This document shows, piece after piece, positions 1 to 10,475 of a stretch of DNA of 53,578 nt. The first letter of the stretch is position 1. Every line of letters starts with the position of its first letter. The notes under the pieces are model-generated. The model had not been told where the DNA came from and searched no databases. It saw only the letters and a list, made by a program, of their open reading frames with translations. A program made the translations under genes and the position numbers. This DNA is from a virus. Taxonomy: Duplodnaviria > Heunggongvirae > Uroviricota > Caudoviricetes. The DNA lies in IMG/VR virus record IMGVR_UViG_2671181188_000017; one strand, written 5' to 3'.

Positions 1-900
1 ATGAAAATCGATCTTAATCTTTTACCCATTTTTATCGCGGTAGCAGAAGAGAGTAATTTTAGTAAAGCCGCCGCACGGCTGGGCGTTACCCGTTCAGCGG
101 TCAGTCAGGGAATAAGACGCCTTGAAGATGCATTCGGGACAATGCTTGTAATGCGGACCACGCGCTCAGTTAATTTGACAGAAGCGGGAGAACGGCTGCA
201 TAAATCGCTGTCATTACCTTTATCCGGTATTGAGGCAGCGTTCGAAGAGATGGTTTCTGACCATGTGCCACGCGGACTTCTCAGAATCGCGGTGACGTCA
301 ATAGCTGAAGAATTTCTTTCAGGTCCGCTAATCGCTTCGTTTGCAGCAGCCAATCCAGCCGTTACGCTTGATATTGTTGTCACGGATGAGGAATTCGATA
401 TCGTGGCCGCAGGTTACGATGCTGGCGTAAGGCTCGGAGAGGTCATTGAAAAAGACATGATTGCTGTGCCCCTTACCGGCAGGCAGCGTGAAATGGTCGT
501 TGCCTCTCCCTCCTATCTCGCAGCCAACAGCACACCTGTTCATCCGCGTGAACTTGTGAATCATAAGTGTATCGGCTGGCGTCAGTCCCCGGAGGTTGCG
601 CCTTATCGCTGGCCATTTGAAGAAAACGGGAGAGCTTTCGACCTTGCGATTGAACCGCAGATTACGACTAATGATCTGCGTCTGATGTTGAGGCTGGCTC
701 TTGCCGGCGGAGGAATAACAATTGCCACTCAGGAAACTTTCAGGCCGTATATTGAAAGCGGTAAGCTTGTATCTCTGCTTGATGACTTTCTTCCACAATT
801 TCCGGGCTTCTATCTGTATTTCCCACAGCGTCGCAATATTGCACCAAAGCTCCGCGCTCTGATTGACCACGTTAAGGAATGGCGGCAGCAATTGGCTTAA
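1..900 (+). CDS. LysR-family transcriptional regulator (chromosomal flank)
   Basis: N-terminal LysR-type HTH (..FSKAAARLGVTRSAVSQGIRRLE..) followed by a substrate-binding-like domain; normal GC appearance; ATG at 1 and TAA at 898-900. Confidence 0.8.
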   Translation: MKIDLNLLPIFIAVAEESNFSKAAARLGVTRSAVSQGIRRLEDAFGTMLVMRTTRSVNLTEAGERLHKSLSLPLSGIEAAFEEMVSDHVPRGLLRIAVTSIAEEFLSGPLIASFAAANPAVTLDIVVTDEEFDIVAAGYDAGVRLGEVIEKDMIAVPLTGRQREMVVASPSYLAANSTPVHPRELVNHKCIGWRQSPEVAPYRWPFEENGRAFDLAIEPQITTNDLRLMLRLALAGGGITIATQETFRPYIESGKLVSLLDDFLPQFPGFYLYFPQRRNIAPKLRALIDHVKEWRQQLA

Positions 901-1026
901 ATGTCTGCACCTGCATTGCCTGATGTCAGAACAGTATTTTGATTAATTGCCAGGGTTACAATGGCACAAATGCGGCACAGGAGGAAACGTGGTGTATTTA
1001 AATATGGGGTAACTACTTGATTTAAA

Positions 1027-1045
1027 TGGTGCGATAATAGGAACC
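1027..1045. repeat. Degenerate copy of the tRNA-Thr 3' end (candidate distal att repeat of the P4-like island)
   Basis: tggtgcgataatagga matches the att core tggtgccgataatagga with one missing base; lies in AT-rich intergenic DNA between the LysR gene and island cargo. A second weaker look-alike is near 1445-1475. Confidence 0.3.
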
Positions 1046-1575
1046 AATAATCGCCACCAACACAATGATTTTAATACATAAATTAAAATAGAAGATTTAA
1101 ACTACACACACCCCTATACACATTGGTGAAGGCGTTCGCTTTCCGCGCATTCTCAAGGCAGAAAAAACTTTTTTTGGGGGAAAACTGTTCATACTACTCA
1201 TTGTGTTTTTTTTCATTAATATTCAAAAAGATATGAAATTAACGATTGATAAGAAGTGAACACTTTACTGTTCACCTTGACTGATTAATAAGTGCATAAA
1301 AACCTAATTTTTGAGCACGGAAGGTATTTGTTCCTTACCCCATTTTTTCTCTTTAGTCCAGTACAACAAAAAATGCGCCCAACAGAAAACTGTTTTGAAT
1401 TTAAATGCAATCGCTTTGTAGTGATTGTAACGTAAGTTGATTTGATGGGTGCGATTTTGTTTAGCGATAATGGTATGTTGTAAAAATCATTTCGTTGCAA
1501 TAAAATTGCATCGCTACATTTTATAGACAATATCAATTAAATTTTAATACTCATTATTAATTTTGAGGCTAACAA

Positions 1576-2532
1576 GTGACTAGTTATTCAAACTTTTCCA
1601 ATCAAATAAAAGAAACCATCAATAATAAATTCGATCATGAAATTCATGATTGGGACATTATAAAAAACTCAATCACAACTTTAATAAATAAAAATATCCA
1701 TGGTGCAGGTAGAAATATCGTTGATTTTATAGATTTAGGTAACTGGGATTTTATTTCAAACTTTTCCTTTGATGACTCTACAAGAAGACTTGAATTAGAG
1801 TGGCACCCCAATGATAAATTCCATATATATATTGAGTCCGTTGTGTTTGTCGAGTTTAATGACACTATATATGCTTTCTTAAAGGGATACTATCACAATC
1901 AGTTATCTCTAAATAGAATATATAATACAAAATGCTCTTCATGTTCATTTGAAAACTCAGGTTCTTATATGGTAGACGTTTATAGAACGGTTAAAAGAGT
2001 AAATGAGACAATCCAGACCCCAAATATAAATTGCTATACTACATGTATTTTAACAAGGCCCGCAAATGGTCATGTTACATCTACAGGCTTCTCACGAAAC
2101 CTCATGGATGCGATAAATATTTCATTAGCAGAGCACAAAATAGCCTCTTTACATAATGAAGTCATGAGTATTGAGGAATATGATCGTGATTCTTTACAAG
2201 AGAAAGGAAATACTGCCAGGAGATATTTAGAATATATTCTCATGCTTGTTAATATTCGTATAATGCATTTAAACAACGTTCAATACCAAGAGCAAATGCT
2301 AGGTAGTTTAGTTTCTGTTATTGAGGCTCTGGACTATGAACCATTAATGAAAAATGATGTTGAAATTACAAAGGACATCCTTAATGCTTGCAGCCACCAC
2401 GGGGGGGTTAGAATTGAAAAGAAAGATGTAATTTTTTCTTTGGAAGTTATTGAAAACTTAATTAAAGCCATAAAGAAAACCGACATAAATAAATTACAAC
2501 TCGATGGGATGTTTAAATCAATTCAAAAATAA
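1576..2532 (+). CDS. Hypothetical protein, AT-rich cargo gene at the alpha-distal end of the P4-like island
   Basis: 318-aa ORF, strongly N/K/I-rich and AT-rich; convergent with the primase gene; no motif I can recognise. Confidence 0.5.
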   Translation: MTSYSNFSNQIKETINNKFDHEIHDWDIIKNSITTLINKNIHGAGRNIVDFIDLGNWDFISNFSFDDSTRRLELEWHPNDKFHIYIESVVFVEFNDTIYAFLKGYYHNQLSLNRIYNTKCSSCSFENSGSYMVDVYRTVKRVNETIQTPNINCYTTCILTRPANGHVTSTGFSRNLMDAINISLAEHKIASLHNEVMSIEEYDRDSLQEKGNTARRYLEYILMLVNIRIMHLNNVQYQEQMLGSLVSVIEALDYEPLMKNDVEITKDILNACSHHGGVRIEKKDVIFSLEVIENLIKAIKKTDINKLQLDGMFKSIQK

Positions 2533-2636
2533 ACATCATCTAACAATGAATTAGATGCATTTTCCGCTGACGCCTTAGCATATAACTTTTAAATTTTATC
2601 GATATATATTTTGAGATAATTTCCTGTAGCGGATTT

Positions 2637-2657
2637 AAGACCGGCACAGCCGGTCTT
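2637..2657. terminator. Hairpin (9-bp stem aagaccggc/gccggtctt, 3-nt loop) between convergent genes
   Basis: Perfect inverted repeat read directly in the sequence between the 1576..2532 ORF and the primase stop at 2665. Confidence 0.45.
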
Positions 2658-2664
2658 AGGTCAG

Positions 2665-4998
2665 TTATTTCGCTGCAAACTCATCGCATTTTGGCAACCA
2701 GTCAGCATTGCTTTCCTCTCTTAGGGCCAGATTAGTCTGCATTCCTTGATTGGTCCGTCGTTTCTCATACTGCAGCCCATATTCCTTGAGCATTAACGGT
2801 AGCCCCTTGCCAAACATGGTCAGACTGAGCGTATTTTTATAGCCGTTAGCCTCCATGTAGACCAGATAGGCATGGTAGAGGTAAGTTCGAGGCTGACGTG
2901 GAACAATATTAGCGTTCCCCATAAACATGCCCGTGGTGTCAGGTAGGACCTCAAGGTAGCCGCAAAAATCAAAAGCTGAATCAGCATCACGTTTGATGGT
3001 GAGCGCTTCATCGGAGTTCTGCTGTGACTGAAGCAATGTCCTGGCACTCATTGGGTCGCTGAAACGCTGCATAAGCTGGCGAACAATCACCGCTAGCTCA
3101 CTGGCAATTTTCTCTTTGAGCTGGGTATCGCGTTCCTCCGGGGCTATCTGGTCGGGGAAATGCAGGATCACCCTTCGGCGTGAAACTCCACCACTACGAT
3201 CAGTGAAGCGCATCGGATTATTGTTCACAGCCAGGATGACCGCCGGGATGTGGGTTGAATAGGCGTTCTGATATTTGGGATCAACGGATACCGCATCGCC
3301 GCCAGTGATGGCTTTTAGTCCGGCCCCGTCACCGCTCCACTTTTCCTGGTCGGGAAGTCGAATCAGTGAAAAACCTATTAACGCAGCTCGTTCTCTTGGC
3401 GACTCAAGCATTTCAATGGTTGCCGAGGTCGCGTTATCTTCACCCGCCAGCATGGTTGCTATTTCAGCAAGAATACTCTTTCCACTTCCGCCAGGGCCAG
3501 TGACCTCCAGAAACAGCTGCCAGTCATAACGGTTAGCCAGCACCATAAACAATGCAGCCAGAATAATGTCCCGTTTTTCAGGATTAAAACCTGCGGCACG
3601 ATCCAGCCAGCGCCAGAATGCCGGGGCATGGGTTTCCAGTGACTCACCGTCAACGGGCTGCGTGTAATCCACCTCGCACAGCGTACGTAACCAGTGCTTC
3701 TTATCGTGCGGGCTGAACAATCCTGTCCGGGTATCGAGCACACCGTTGCGAAATCCGATAAGTTGCCGCGCCGGATTCTGCTGTTGCGGAACGATCAGTT
3801 TGAGGGTTTCCACGAGAGACGCAATTTTCGCGGATGAAAAAGGTGCGTCGAGGCGCTGAAACAGCGCAGCGACATCACGGGCAAAATCGGCGTAATAGAT
3901 AACTTTCCAGGCCCCCGCCTCATAGCGTGAAAGGAGCTGCCCGTTCGGGTCTACTGCCAGTGAATTTTTATAGTGATCCACTACCCTCTGCGCTTTTTCG
4001 CTGACGCTCAGCGCGGTAAATTCAGCTTCGCTCATTGTGTCGAAGGGGCTGGCAACAGCTGGTTTTATTACTTCATGAATTGCATGCCGGGTGGCTTCTT
4101 CGCCGTTTTGCGTGAATGCATCGTTCCAGTCACCAAACACAGGCGGGAGCGCCATTGTGCAATTGCAGGCCCCGGTAACAGCTGCGCCCCTTGTTTGCCC
4201 CGCACCGTTGAGATCGCGGTCAGCAGCAATAATTATCTGGTGCGTTGGGTACTCACTGCAGGCAATGCTCGCCAGGGAAAGGAAATTGACGGACGAAAAG
4301 GCCACCATGACAGCATCGCCAGTCAGATAGTTGATAGTAAGTGCGGTGGCATATCCTTCCGCTATCCAGAGCCGTTTGGCTGCTTTGGCAGTACCTTCAA
4401 CCAGGTAAAAGGCATTCTTAACCTGACCGCCTTTAAGGAAGCATTTGCCCCCATTAGCGTTGATTAACTGCAGATTTACCAGCTCTCCATCTGCATACAA
4501 TGGAACGACAAGATCTCCCGCGCGAAATGCCACACCACCGACTTTATGCATAGCGGTTAATTCCCGGCAAGGCAGTGCAGGAAACCCTTTACTCGTCAGA
4601 TAGGCATTGCCAGTGGTCTGGCGGGACTTATCAAACAAACGGGCAGCCAGCACTGCTGCAGCTTTTCTCCCGTCCTCTTTTTCAGGAGAACCAGATTCAA
4701 GCATTCCCTGAGATACTGGCAGCAGGTTTCCGATAATGCCGTTTATTCTGTCTGCCGCTTCACTAATGCCTACATCCAGTACTTTACTTACAAGCGCCAG
4801 GCCATCACCTGCCCCGCACTGGTTACAGAACCACGTTCCCCGCCCTTCCTGGTCATCAAATCGAAAGCGGTCTTTCCCGGCACAGACCGGGCAGGGCTGG
4901 TGCCGATTTTTCAGTACATTTACGCCCAGCGCAGGTAAAATTCTTGACCAGTGACCCCGAGCTGCTTTCTCAGCCTGGCTAACTTTCATTCCTGACAT
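2665..4998 (-). CDS. P4 alpha-like primase/helicase (replication protein)
   Basis: 796-aa ORF (track 2665..5055; likely start at MSGMKVSQ); N-terminal zinc-binding CPVCAGKDRFRFDD..WFCNQCG typical of phage/plasmid primases, and C-terminal P-loop GPGGSGKS. Confidence 0.85.
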   Translation of the reverse strand: MSGMKVSQAEKAARGHWSRILPALGVNVLKNRHQPCPVCAGKDRFRFDDQEGRGTWFCNQCGAGDGLALVSKVLDVGISEAADRINGIIGNLLPVSQGMLESGSPEKEDGRKAAAVLAARLFDKSRQTTGNAYLTSKGFPALPCRELTAMHKVGGVAFRAGDLVVPLYADGELVNLQLINANGGKCFLKGGQVKNAFYLVEGTAKAAKRLWIAEGYATALTINYLTGDAVMVAFSSVNFLSLASIACSEYPTHQIIIAADRDLNGAGQTRGAAVTGACNCTMALPPVFGDWNDAFTQNGEEATRHAIHEVIKPAVASPFDTMSEAEFTALSVSEKAQRVVDHYKNSLAVDPNGQLLSRYEAGAWKVIYYADFARDVAALFQRLDAPFSSAKIASLVETLKLIVPQQQNPARQLIGFRNGVLDTRTGLFSPHDKKHWLRTLCEVDYTQPVDGESLETHAPAFWRWLDRAAGFNPEKRDIILAALFMVLANRYDWQLFLEVTGPGGSGKSILAEIATMLAGEDNATSATIEMLESPRERAALIGFSLIRLPDQEKWSGDGAGLKAITGGDAVSVDPKYQNAYSTHIPAVILAVNNNPMRFTDRSGGVSRRRVILHFPDQIAPEERDTQLKEKIASELAVIVRQLMQRFSDPMSARTLLQSQQNSDEALTIKRDADSAFDFCGYLEVLPDTTGMFMGNANIVPRQPRTYLYHAYLVYMEANGYKNTLSLTMFGKGLPLMLKEYGLQYEKRRTNQGMQTNLALREESNADWLPKCDEFAAK

Positions 4999-5011
4999 TG
5001 TGCGGCCCTCC

Positions 5012-5335
5012 TTAGTGCAGCGCTGGTTTGTTGAGGTGACGGGAACAAAGTTCATCCATGACCGTCATTCCGAGCAGTGAGAGAACCGGACAGGCTTTAA
5101 GCGGCCCCGACTCCATCAGATCCGAAAGCAACGCGCAGGCAATTTCCAGCCCTCTTTGCTGCCCATGCTGGCGCAGATAGAACCCTTCCAGCTCGCGGGC
5201 TATGGCATCTTCAAGTTCAGCGAGCGTCAGGCCGGAATAACGTTCCTGATGATTGCTTAGAGCCAGCCAGGCACAGGCAACGGCACGGCGATACAGAGCG
5301 GCACGAAGTGCCAGAAGAGATTCACAGCATATCAT
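5012..5335 (-). CDS. Hypothetical P4-like early-region protein
   Basis: 107-aa ORF in the operon upstream of the primase; start/stop overlap with neighbours. Confidence 0.4.
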   Translation of the reverse strand: MICCESLLALRAALYRRAVACAWLALSNHQERYSGLTLAELEDAIARELEGFYLRQHGQQRGLEIACALLSDLMESGPLKACPVLSLLGMTVMDELCSRHLNKPALH

Positions 5336-5556
5336 CAGGCCACCTCCGCATTCATCAGGTCGTCATGGCAGCGTTGCACCACTCCATCCAGTTGCTCTGT
5401 CATCAGATAAATGAGGGAAACCAGTTGTTCGCATTGGGCACCTGCTGGCTTTTCATAACAGTCCTGCAGGGCTGCCATGCCAGTTACATACTCACCCACA
5501 TTGCGTAAATGTTTCAGCCTTACAACATCGTCGTAGGAAATCTCAAACTGGTTCAT
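5335..5556 (-). CDS. Hypothetical P4-like early-region protein
   Basis: 73-aa ORF, 4-nt overlap with the upstream ORF and stop/start overlap with the downstream ORF. Confidence 0.4.
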   Translation of the reverse strand: MNQFEISYDDVVRLKHLRNVGEYVTGMAALQDCYEKPAGAQCEQLVSLIYLMTEQLDGVVQRCHDDLMNAEVA

Positions 5557-6106
5557 AGCGTCACCTCCCCGGCAGGCAGCCGTGCAGAAAGGGAGAGTAC
5601 ATAATCTCGGACTAGCAAACGGCGCGCGGAACGCTCATCGCAGGAGACAGTGCGAAGCATACAGATGCGGGGGTGAGTGTCAGCACGGCGGATTGCGGCA
5701 AACACAAAGACATATTGCGGGTGTGACGGGGTGAGGATTGTAGCCATGATGGCAGCCTCCAATAAGTAGCGGTTATTGCTACCACCGGAAACGCCAATTT
5801 CACTGGTGGCAGCCCGAACGGGGTTGGCGTAACCGGCCTTATTGGAAACCGGCCAGCCCGAAGGCTGCCCCGCCCGGACTACCATTATCTCGATAGAACC
5901 ATGGTGTAAGCATAAACACCACAGCCCTGAAAATGGTTGTGCCTGAGCTACGACGTAAAAAAAGACGCAAGGGGCGTCAATTGTCGCCAATAAGTTATAC
6001 GGAACGCCAATTCCGGCTGCCGATTTTGCGACAGCGGAAAAACTATACCTGGAAATGACGACAGTAAGCAAGCCAGAATAAAGGTATTTAATGTATGCAG
6101 GTATCA

Positions 6107-6367
6107 TCATGCATCACATCCCCGCCCACGGGCGCTGATGCGGTCCGCCATCCATGCGCTGACCTCAGACTGTGCCCAGGCGACATTTTTACCGCCAAGC
6201 GGGATCTGCTTCGGAAACGCATCGCGGCTGATCAGGTCGTAAACGGTCGAACGGGACAACCCGCATAAGTGCATCACCTCAGGCAGGCGTAAAAATCGCT
6301 CATGATGGTTCGATACAGGAAATAATGGCGCAGCAGGAGCTGGCGCAGACACAGAAATATTACGCAT
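6107..6367 (-). CDS. AlpA-family phage regulatory protein (Vis/excisionase-like HTH)
   Basis: ..[49 protein letters not shown].. matches the AlpA-type HTH pattern. Confidence 0.75.
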   Translation of the reverse strand: MRNISVSAPAPAAPLFPVSNHHERFLRLPEVMHLCGLSRSTVYDLISRDAFPKQIPLGGKNVAWAQSEVSAWMADRISARGRGCDA

Positions 6368-6919
6368 TTATCTACCCTCTTTAATTTCCACAACAGTCCG
6401 GATGAATTTATCCGGGTTCAGGTAGTTCCTTATTATGTGTATATAAACCACCTGCGCACGCATTTTTTATTTAGCGTCACATATTGATTTTATGGAATTT
6501 AAAGCCCGATTAAACCATATAAAATGACATAATAAATACCATGCCTGCGGACTATAAATACAGGAGCATTAATAGGAACTACCATTCACCCAGGGTTTAC
6601 TATCCTATGGGTCATTGCACCTGATAGTGCTAACCCCACCGCCAATACAGCAAGGCTGTACAACTTCTACACGAGGCCTTGCATTGCAGGCCCCAATTTC
6701 CGGGCATATTTTTGAATCGCATCCAACTTATAAACATTGGGCCTGCATAAAAACCTTGATATTAAATAACATCACCTTAAATCGTAAAATATATCCGAAT
6801 GAATCCATAAAGAACCGGACAGATCTAGTTTTATAAAAATCAGTATGAAATGCAACACCATGGCCAGAGGCGAAAATGTTATTCCCCGGCAAAAACATGC
6901 AGTCTATTTATGTGCCTGT

Positions 6920-7134
6920 TGAATACTCCTGAATAAGGGTGAATAGTGGTGAGGAGCAAAAAACAAATAGCTACGAGGAATAAAAAAACCACCCATTATG
7001 AAAAAATACCATAAATAATTTTATTCCCATGTGAACAGTTATGAACAGTCGATGAATACTGCCATGCCAACCCTTCACCTTATAACCTTCTGTATTACCT
7101 ATTTTTTTTACCTAAGTGAATAGTAGTGAATAGT
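6920..7134. promoter_or_regulatory. Three clusters of phased TGAA(T/C)A direct repeats in the divergent control region of the P4-like island
   Basis: tgaatact/tgaataag/tgaatagt at about 6920-6947, tgaacagt/tgaacagt/tgaatact at 7032-7060, gtgaatagt x2 at 7116-7134; roughly 10-bp spacing within clusters; upstream of the 7301 operon. Confidence 0.4.
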
Positions 7135-7300
7135 TAAGGTAAGTCTGAAACAGCCTTAGTTAAACGAGGCCTTTTCTGGCTAGCCAAAAGAGGTCCGGGG
7201 CGGTTCAGTCTTTGTCTTGTCGCTCGCACAATGGCGTTCAATGGCAGCTTTGTATGCATCACAGCACAATTGACACCACGACAAACCACTAGGTGCTGAC

Positions 7301-8053
7301 ATGACAATCCCAGAACAGAACAATAACCCGATCGTTGAAATTTCTATCCCTGTTTCGACGCAACAGGCGCTTGAGAAAGTGAATGCCACCAAATCTGCAT
7401 GGCTTGAAGCACGTCGTCAGCAAAAAGCGGCAGCGGATAATATTGCGACAATCCGCCAGCGCCGCGCTGAAATGGAAGCCACGACGAACGCCCTGAATGA
7501 GGAGTGGCGCACGCTATTTCGTGAAAGTCAGGGCGTAGTCTCAAAGGAAATGAAAAAACTGCGCACGGAAATTGCGCTGGGACGAGAAACGCTTGAGGAT
7601 TTTGATGAGCTGCTGGCGGCTCAGGAAAGCGAAAATGCACTTTTGCCGCAGGAGGCTGCGGAATTAGCCGGAAAGTATATCCACGCGCACGACACCCTTG
7701 TGGGTATTCGCGCAAAACAAATCTGGGAAGATTTTATGCAGTCGCATGGAAAAGCACTAATCCAGACACTAAGCCTGCTCAAATCAACAATGGGCAGGGA
7801 AGCCAGCGCAGTTGTCGGTGTGGTGCATTCAGTTAATGACCCGGACACACTGCTGAAAGATTTTATTCATAAACATATCACCAGACCGGCTCTGACTAAC
7901 GATGCGATGCCCGAACAGGACCCCGTGTTTAAACTGGCGGGAGTTGCCCCGGATTATGCGGCCCGTCTGGATTTCAGTAATAAACTCTCTCCAGCAGCTA
8001 TGCATAAAATGAAGGTTCGTCAGGAACGTGCTGAGAAGGAGAAAGCAGTATGA
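7301..8053 (+). CDS. P4 late-operon protein (Sid-like candidate by position and size)
   Basis: 250-aa coiled-coil-rich protein, first gene of the operon preceding the Psu-like and Ogr-like genes; assignment is positional. Confidence 0.35.
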   Translation: MTIPEQNNNPIVEISIPVSTQQALEKVNATKSAWLEARRQQKAAADNIATIRQRRAEMEATTNALNEEWRTLFRESQGVVSKEMKKLRTEIALGRETLEDFDELLAAQESENALLPQEAAELAGKYIHAHDTLVGIRAKQIWEDFMQSHGKALIQTLSLLKSTMGREASAVVGVVHSVNDPDTLLKDFIHKHITRPALTNDAMPEQDPVFKLAGVAPDYAARLDFSNKLSPAAMHKMKVRQERAEKEKAV

Positions 8054-8601
8054 TGGCCCGAGTCACTCCAGACCAAGCGCTTATCAGTTTTAGAAATGCC
8101 CGTATTCTGTGGGCTGGACATAGTGAGAGCCGAAAAGCCGTTGAACAACAGATAGAATCACTCCTCACTGCCATGGAAAAACCAGCAGATTATGCTCGAC
8201 AGCTCGAATTACAGCGGGAACATCTGGATGTGCTGAAATGGCAAATTAACTGTGCTGCGCGCGAATGCATTTACTCGCAGCATCAACTGATGGAGGCCTG
8301 CACAGAAGACGCTCTCAGCAATTTTATGCAGGCGAATGGAGCAGCCCTGACATCTGCACTGGCTCCGTTCCTGAAGGGGCGCGGAGGGGTTGACGTTGCG
8401 TCCCGTATATTACGCAATGCTCTGGTTCGCCAGCTGGCAATAACACCGCCTGAAATTGCCGGGGATTATCGTATGATTCTGGATGAATCCGGTGTGATGC
8501 CTGACCCCATGATGGTTCGTGATTGCCAGAGCTCTTACACCCCTGCACAACAACTGCGCTTTCAGCAACGTCTGGATTACATTAACGGCATGCAGGAGTA
8601 A
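8050..8601 (+). CDS. Psu-like (polarity suppression / capsid decoration) protein candidate
   Basis: 183 aa, size and position as in P4; segments such as LDVLKWQINCAA and ANGAALTSALAP resemble Psu as I recall it; 4-nt overlap with the upstream gene. Confidence 0.45.
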   Translation: MMARVTPDQALISFRNARILWAGHSESRKAVEQQIESLLTAMEKPADYARQLELQREHLDVLKWQINCAARECIYSQHQLMEACTEDALSNFMQANGAALTSALAPFLKGRGGVDVASRILRNALVRQLAITPPEIAGDYRMILDESGVMPDPMMVRDCQSSYTPAQQLRFQQRLDYINGMQE

Positions 8602-8606
8602 TATTA

Positions 8607-8879
8607 ATGGCACTTAAATGTCCCGAATGCGGTACGACGGCACACGCCAGAACCTCCGCCTATGAAGCACCATCGGTTAAACGCTCATGGTATCAGTGCC
8701 AGAATCTTGAATGTTCCTACACATTTACCGCACTGGAAAGTGTGGATACGATAATCATGAAGCCCCGGCGCAATGAACAGGAATCAGAGAAAGCACAAAT
8801 GCCGGAAAAACAACAGCAAACTCTCAATCGCTATGGCTCCGCGTCAAAGCTGTCAAGCCGTCAGCAAATTCCTGTCTGA
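8607..8879 (+). CDS. Ogr/Delta-family zinc-finger late transcription activator
   Basis: CPECG..HARTS..YQCQNLECSYTF: the C-x2-C..C-x4-C Ogr/Delta zinc-finger pattern. Confidence 0.8.
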   Translation: MALKCPECGTTAHARTSAYEAPSVKRSWYQCQNLECSYTFTALESVDTIIMKPRRNEQESEKAQMPEKQQQTLNRYGSASKLSSRQQIPV

Positions 8880-8897
8880 TTAGCAAAAAAAGCCCAC

Positions 8898-8925
8898 GTA
8901 ATCCCGGTCCAGTACTGGGATTTTT
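8898..8925 (+). terminator. Putative rho-independent terminator after the Ogr-like gene
   Basis: GC-rich palindrome (cccggtccagtactggga) followed by a T-run. Confidence 0.4.
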
Positions 8926-9232
8926 TACGCCTTTTCCCTGGCTGGCCTGAGAGCGCATGAGTGCATGTCTATAGCGCATGAAAACGCATGATTCTCATGC
9001 ACCATTTTTGACGCGAAAGCCCTTGTGTGGTGGCTTCTGAGACGATTTGCGGAATGCATGAAAACCAGTCTGTTAAGCGAAGCGAGCAGGCGTGGGGGGC
9101 TGCGCGCGCTAAGGGGTTAGATTATAAAATATCAAACGCCGGTGAGATCCATTATTGTGGAACCACCCGAAGGAAGTGTAGAGGCGAAAGTACCCAAAAT
9201 AATTTTGCAAATTATTTAGAAATGAACTGAGC

Positions 9233-9262
9233 GCTCGAAACGAAATATAATTTCGAGCACCC
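9233..9262. terminator. Hairpin (gctcgaaa...tttcgagc) downstream of the hotspot operon
   Basis: 8-bp inverted repeat between the convergent Ogr-like operon and the minus-strand hotspot operon. Confidence 0.4.
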
Positions 9263-9288
9263 CAATTAGCAGTTATATTTTTAATGTA

Positions 9289-9855
9289 TTAAACAGGATA
9301 AAAACCAGAGCTTCCATTCTTATTTAAGTTATGGATTTTATTTGCATCATTAATTTTTATTTGGAACGTCGGACCTTTATTCTCAAGAATTACAATCTGG
9401 AAATTATAGTCCCTTTTGATTAATGCGTGATAAAATGAATCACTGAGACTGACGCTATTAACATCCGATAGAGAACCCCCTCTATCTTTATCAAAGTGCG
9501 TCACTAATGGACTATCAAGCACAACAAATCCAATGAATGGATTCCCTTTTCTTGATAAAAATTCCGCAAAGCAAATGGTAAATATAGCATGCATTACTGC
9601 ACGGGTACCTTTACCAAACATTCCTCGGCGTTTCCCATTGATATTAAAGTCATATGTATCTTCGTCAAATCGCACTTTGTTATCTTTAGAATTTTCAAAA
9701 TTTATATCATTCAAAAAGTCTTGCATCGCTATTTCTATATCATACAAATCAGCTACTGTTAAGGAGTCAAAGTCCTCGGCGGAGTATTTAAGTTCGTCAA
9801 CATCATCTTCTTTATCTTGTAATGAAGATAGAATGCTATGTTTTGTGTGATCCAT
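9289..9855 (-). CDS. Hotspot ORF F: ABC/SMC-type ATPase C-terminal lobe (Walker B-like GFVVLDSP)
   Basis: 188 aa; hydrophobic stretch ending in D (FIGFVVLDSP); start ATG overlaps the ORF E stop as TAATG; AT-rich. Confidence 0.55.
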   Translation of the reverse strand: MDHTKHSILSSLQDKEDDVDELKYSAEDFDSLTVADLYDIEIAMQDFLNDINFENSKDNKVRFDEDTYDFNINGKRRGMFGKGTRAVMHAIFTICFAEFLSRKGNPFIGFVVLDSPLVTHFDKDRGGSLSDVNSVSLSDSFYHALIKRDYNFQIVILENKGPTFQIKINDANKIHNLNKNGSSGFYPV

Positions 9856-10445
9856 TAAAAGATTGTCTTTATATTCATAAAGTGATTCAAGAGATGAATG
9901 TATTGTTTTATATTTTTATCTTCTAACGTCTTAAAATCACTTTTTTCTGATTGATAAATTTCATTAACATCATTTTTTCTTAACATAATTAATTCATGTT
10001 CGCGAACATTAGATCCGATTGATTCAATTAATCCTTTCAGCTGGCTTTTGATTTTCAATTTTTCTGCATTACACGACAAAAAACAATCATCATATGATAT
10101 TTCATTTTCTTTTTTTTGCGGTGTATTACAGAACTCACAATAAATATCTGCAAAATTATTTAAATAGAAATTCGCCTGTGATACAACATCTATTCTTTGT
10201 AGATCTATAAAGTATTGGTCTTTAAGAAGACTAAATCTTTCAATGAGTAATGATAAGTATTTTTCCCTGTCACTGATTGAATATAATTCATCACTTAACT
10301 CTTTTAATAATTGCTTCTTATCATCAAGTGCATCAACAATACCTTTCAATATATCTTTCGATGATTCAATATCTTGCTCTACTTTCTCAAGTTCTCTTGA
10401 AACAATGACTTGATCATATTCAGGATAAATTAATTGCGCTTTCAA
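9855..10445 (-). CDS. Hotspot ORF E: coiled-coil segment with CxxC (zinc-hook-like) motif; probably continuous with ORF D
   Basis: 196 aa, heptad-rich, contains CEFC and CFLSC; has no ATG (track start is TTG); in the same frame as ORF D, separated only by one TAA and 10 sense codons. Confidence 0.4.
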   Translation of the reverse strand: MKAQLIYPEYDQVIVSRELEKVEQDIESSKDILKGIVDALDDKKQLLKELSDELYSISDREKYLSLLIERFSLLKDQYFIDLQRIDVVSQANFYLNNFADIYCEFCNTPQKKENEISYDDCFLSCNAEKLKIKSQLKGLIESIGSNVREHELIMLRKNDVNEIYQSEKSDFKTLEDKNIKQYIHLLNHFMNIKTIF

Positions 10446-10475
10446 TTCCTCATAAATATTTGCAATTTGATTTTT

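Noticed and set aside
1441-1475. Second look-alike of the tRNA-Thr 3' end (gatgggtgcgat..agcgataatgg)
   Set aside because: Too degenerate and interrupted to call an att repeat; the 1027..1045 copy is the better candidate.
3275-4467. Several 60-165 aa ORFs (for example 3275..3529, 3459..3743, 3973..4467, 4091..4330) inside or antisense to the primase gene
   Set aside because: Fully nested in a well-supported 796-aa gene, with no start signals or motifs; typical shadow ORFs of GC-rich coding DNA.
5553-6110. 185-aa minus-strand ORF in the P4-like immunity region
   Set aside because: Unusual amino-acid composition and it overlaps DNA that in P4-like elements is expected to encode small RNAs or regulatory sequence; only its last 60-odd codons might be a real small protein.
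9855-10445. ORF E as an independent gene
   Set aside because: It has no ATG, only a TTG with a ribosome-binding-like sequence too close to be functional, and it is in frame with ORF D after a single TAA; more likely part of D interrupted by a stop codon.
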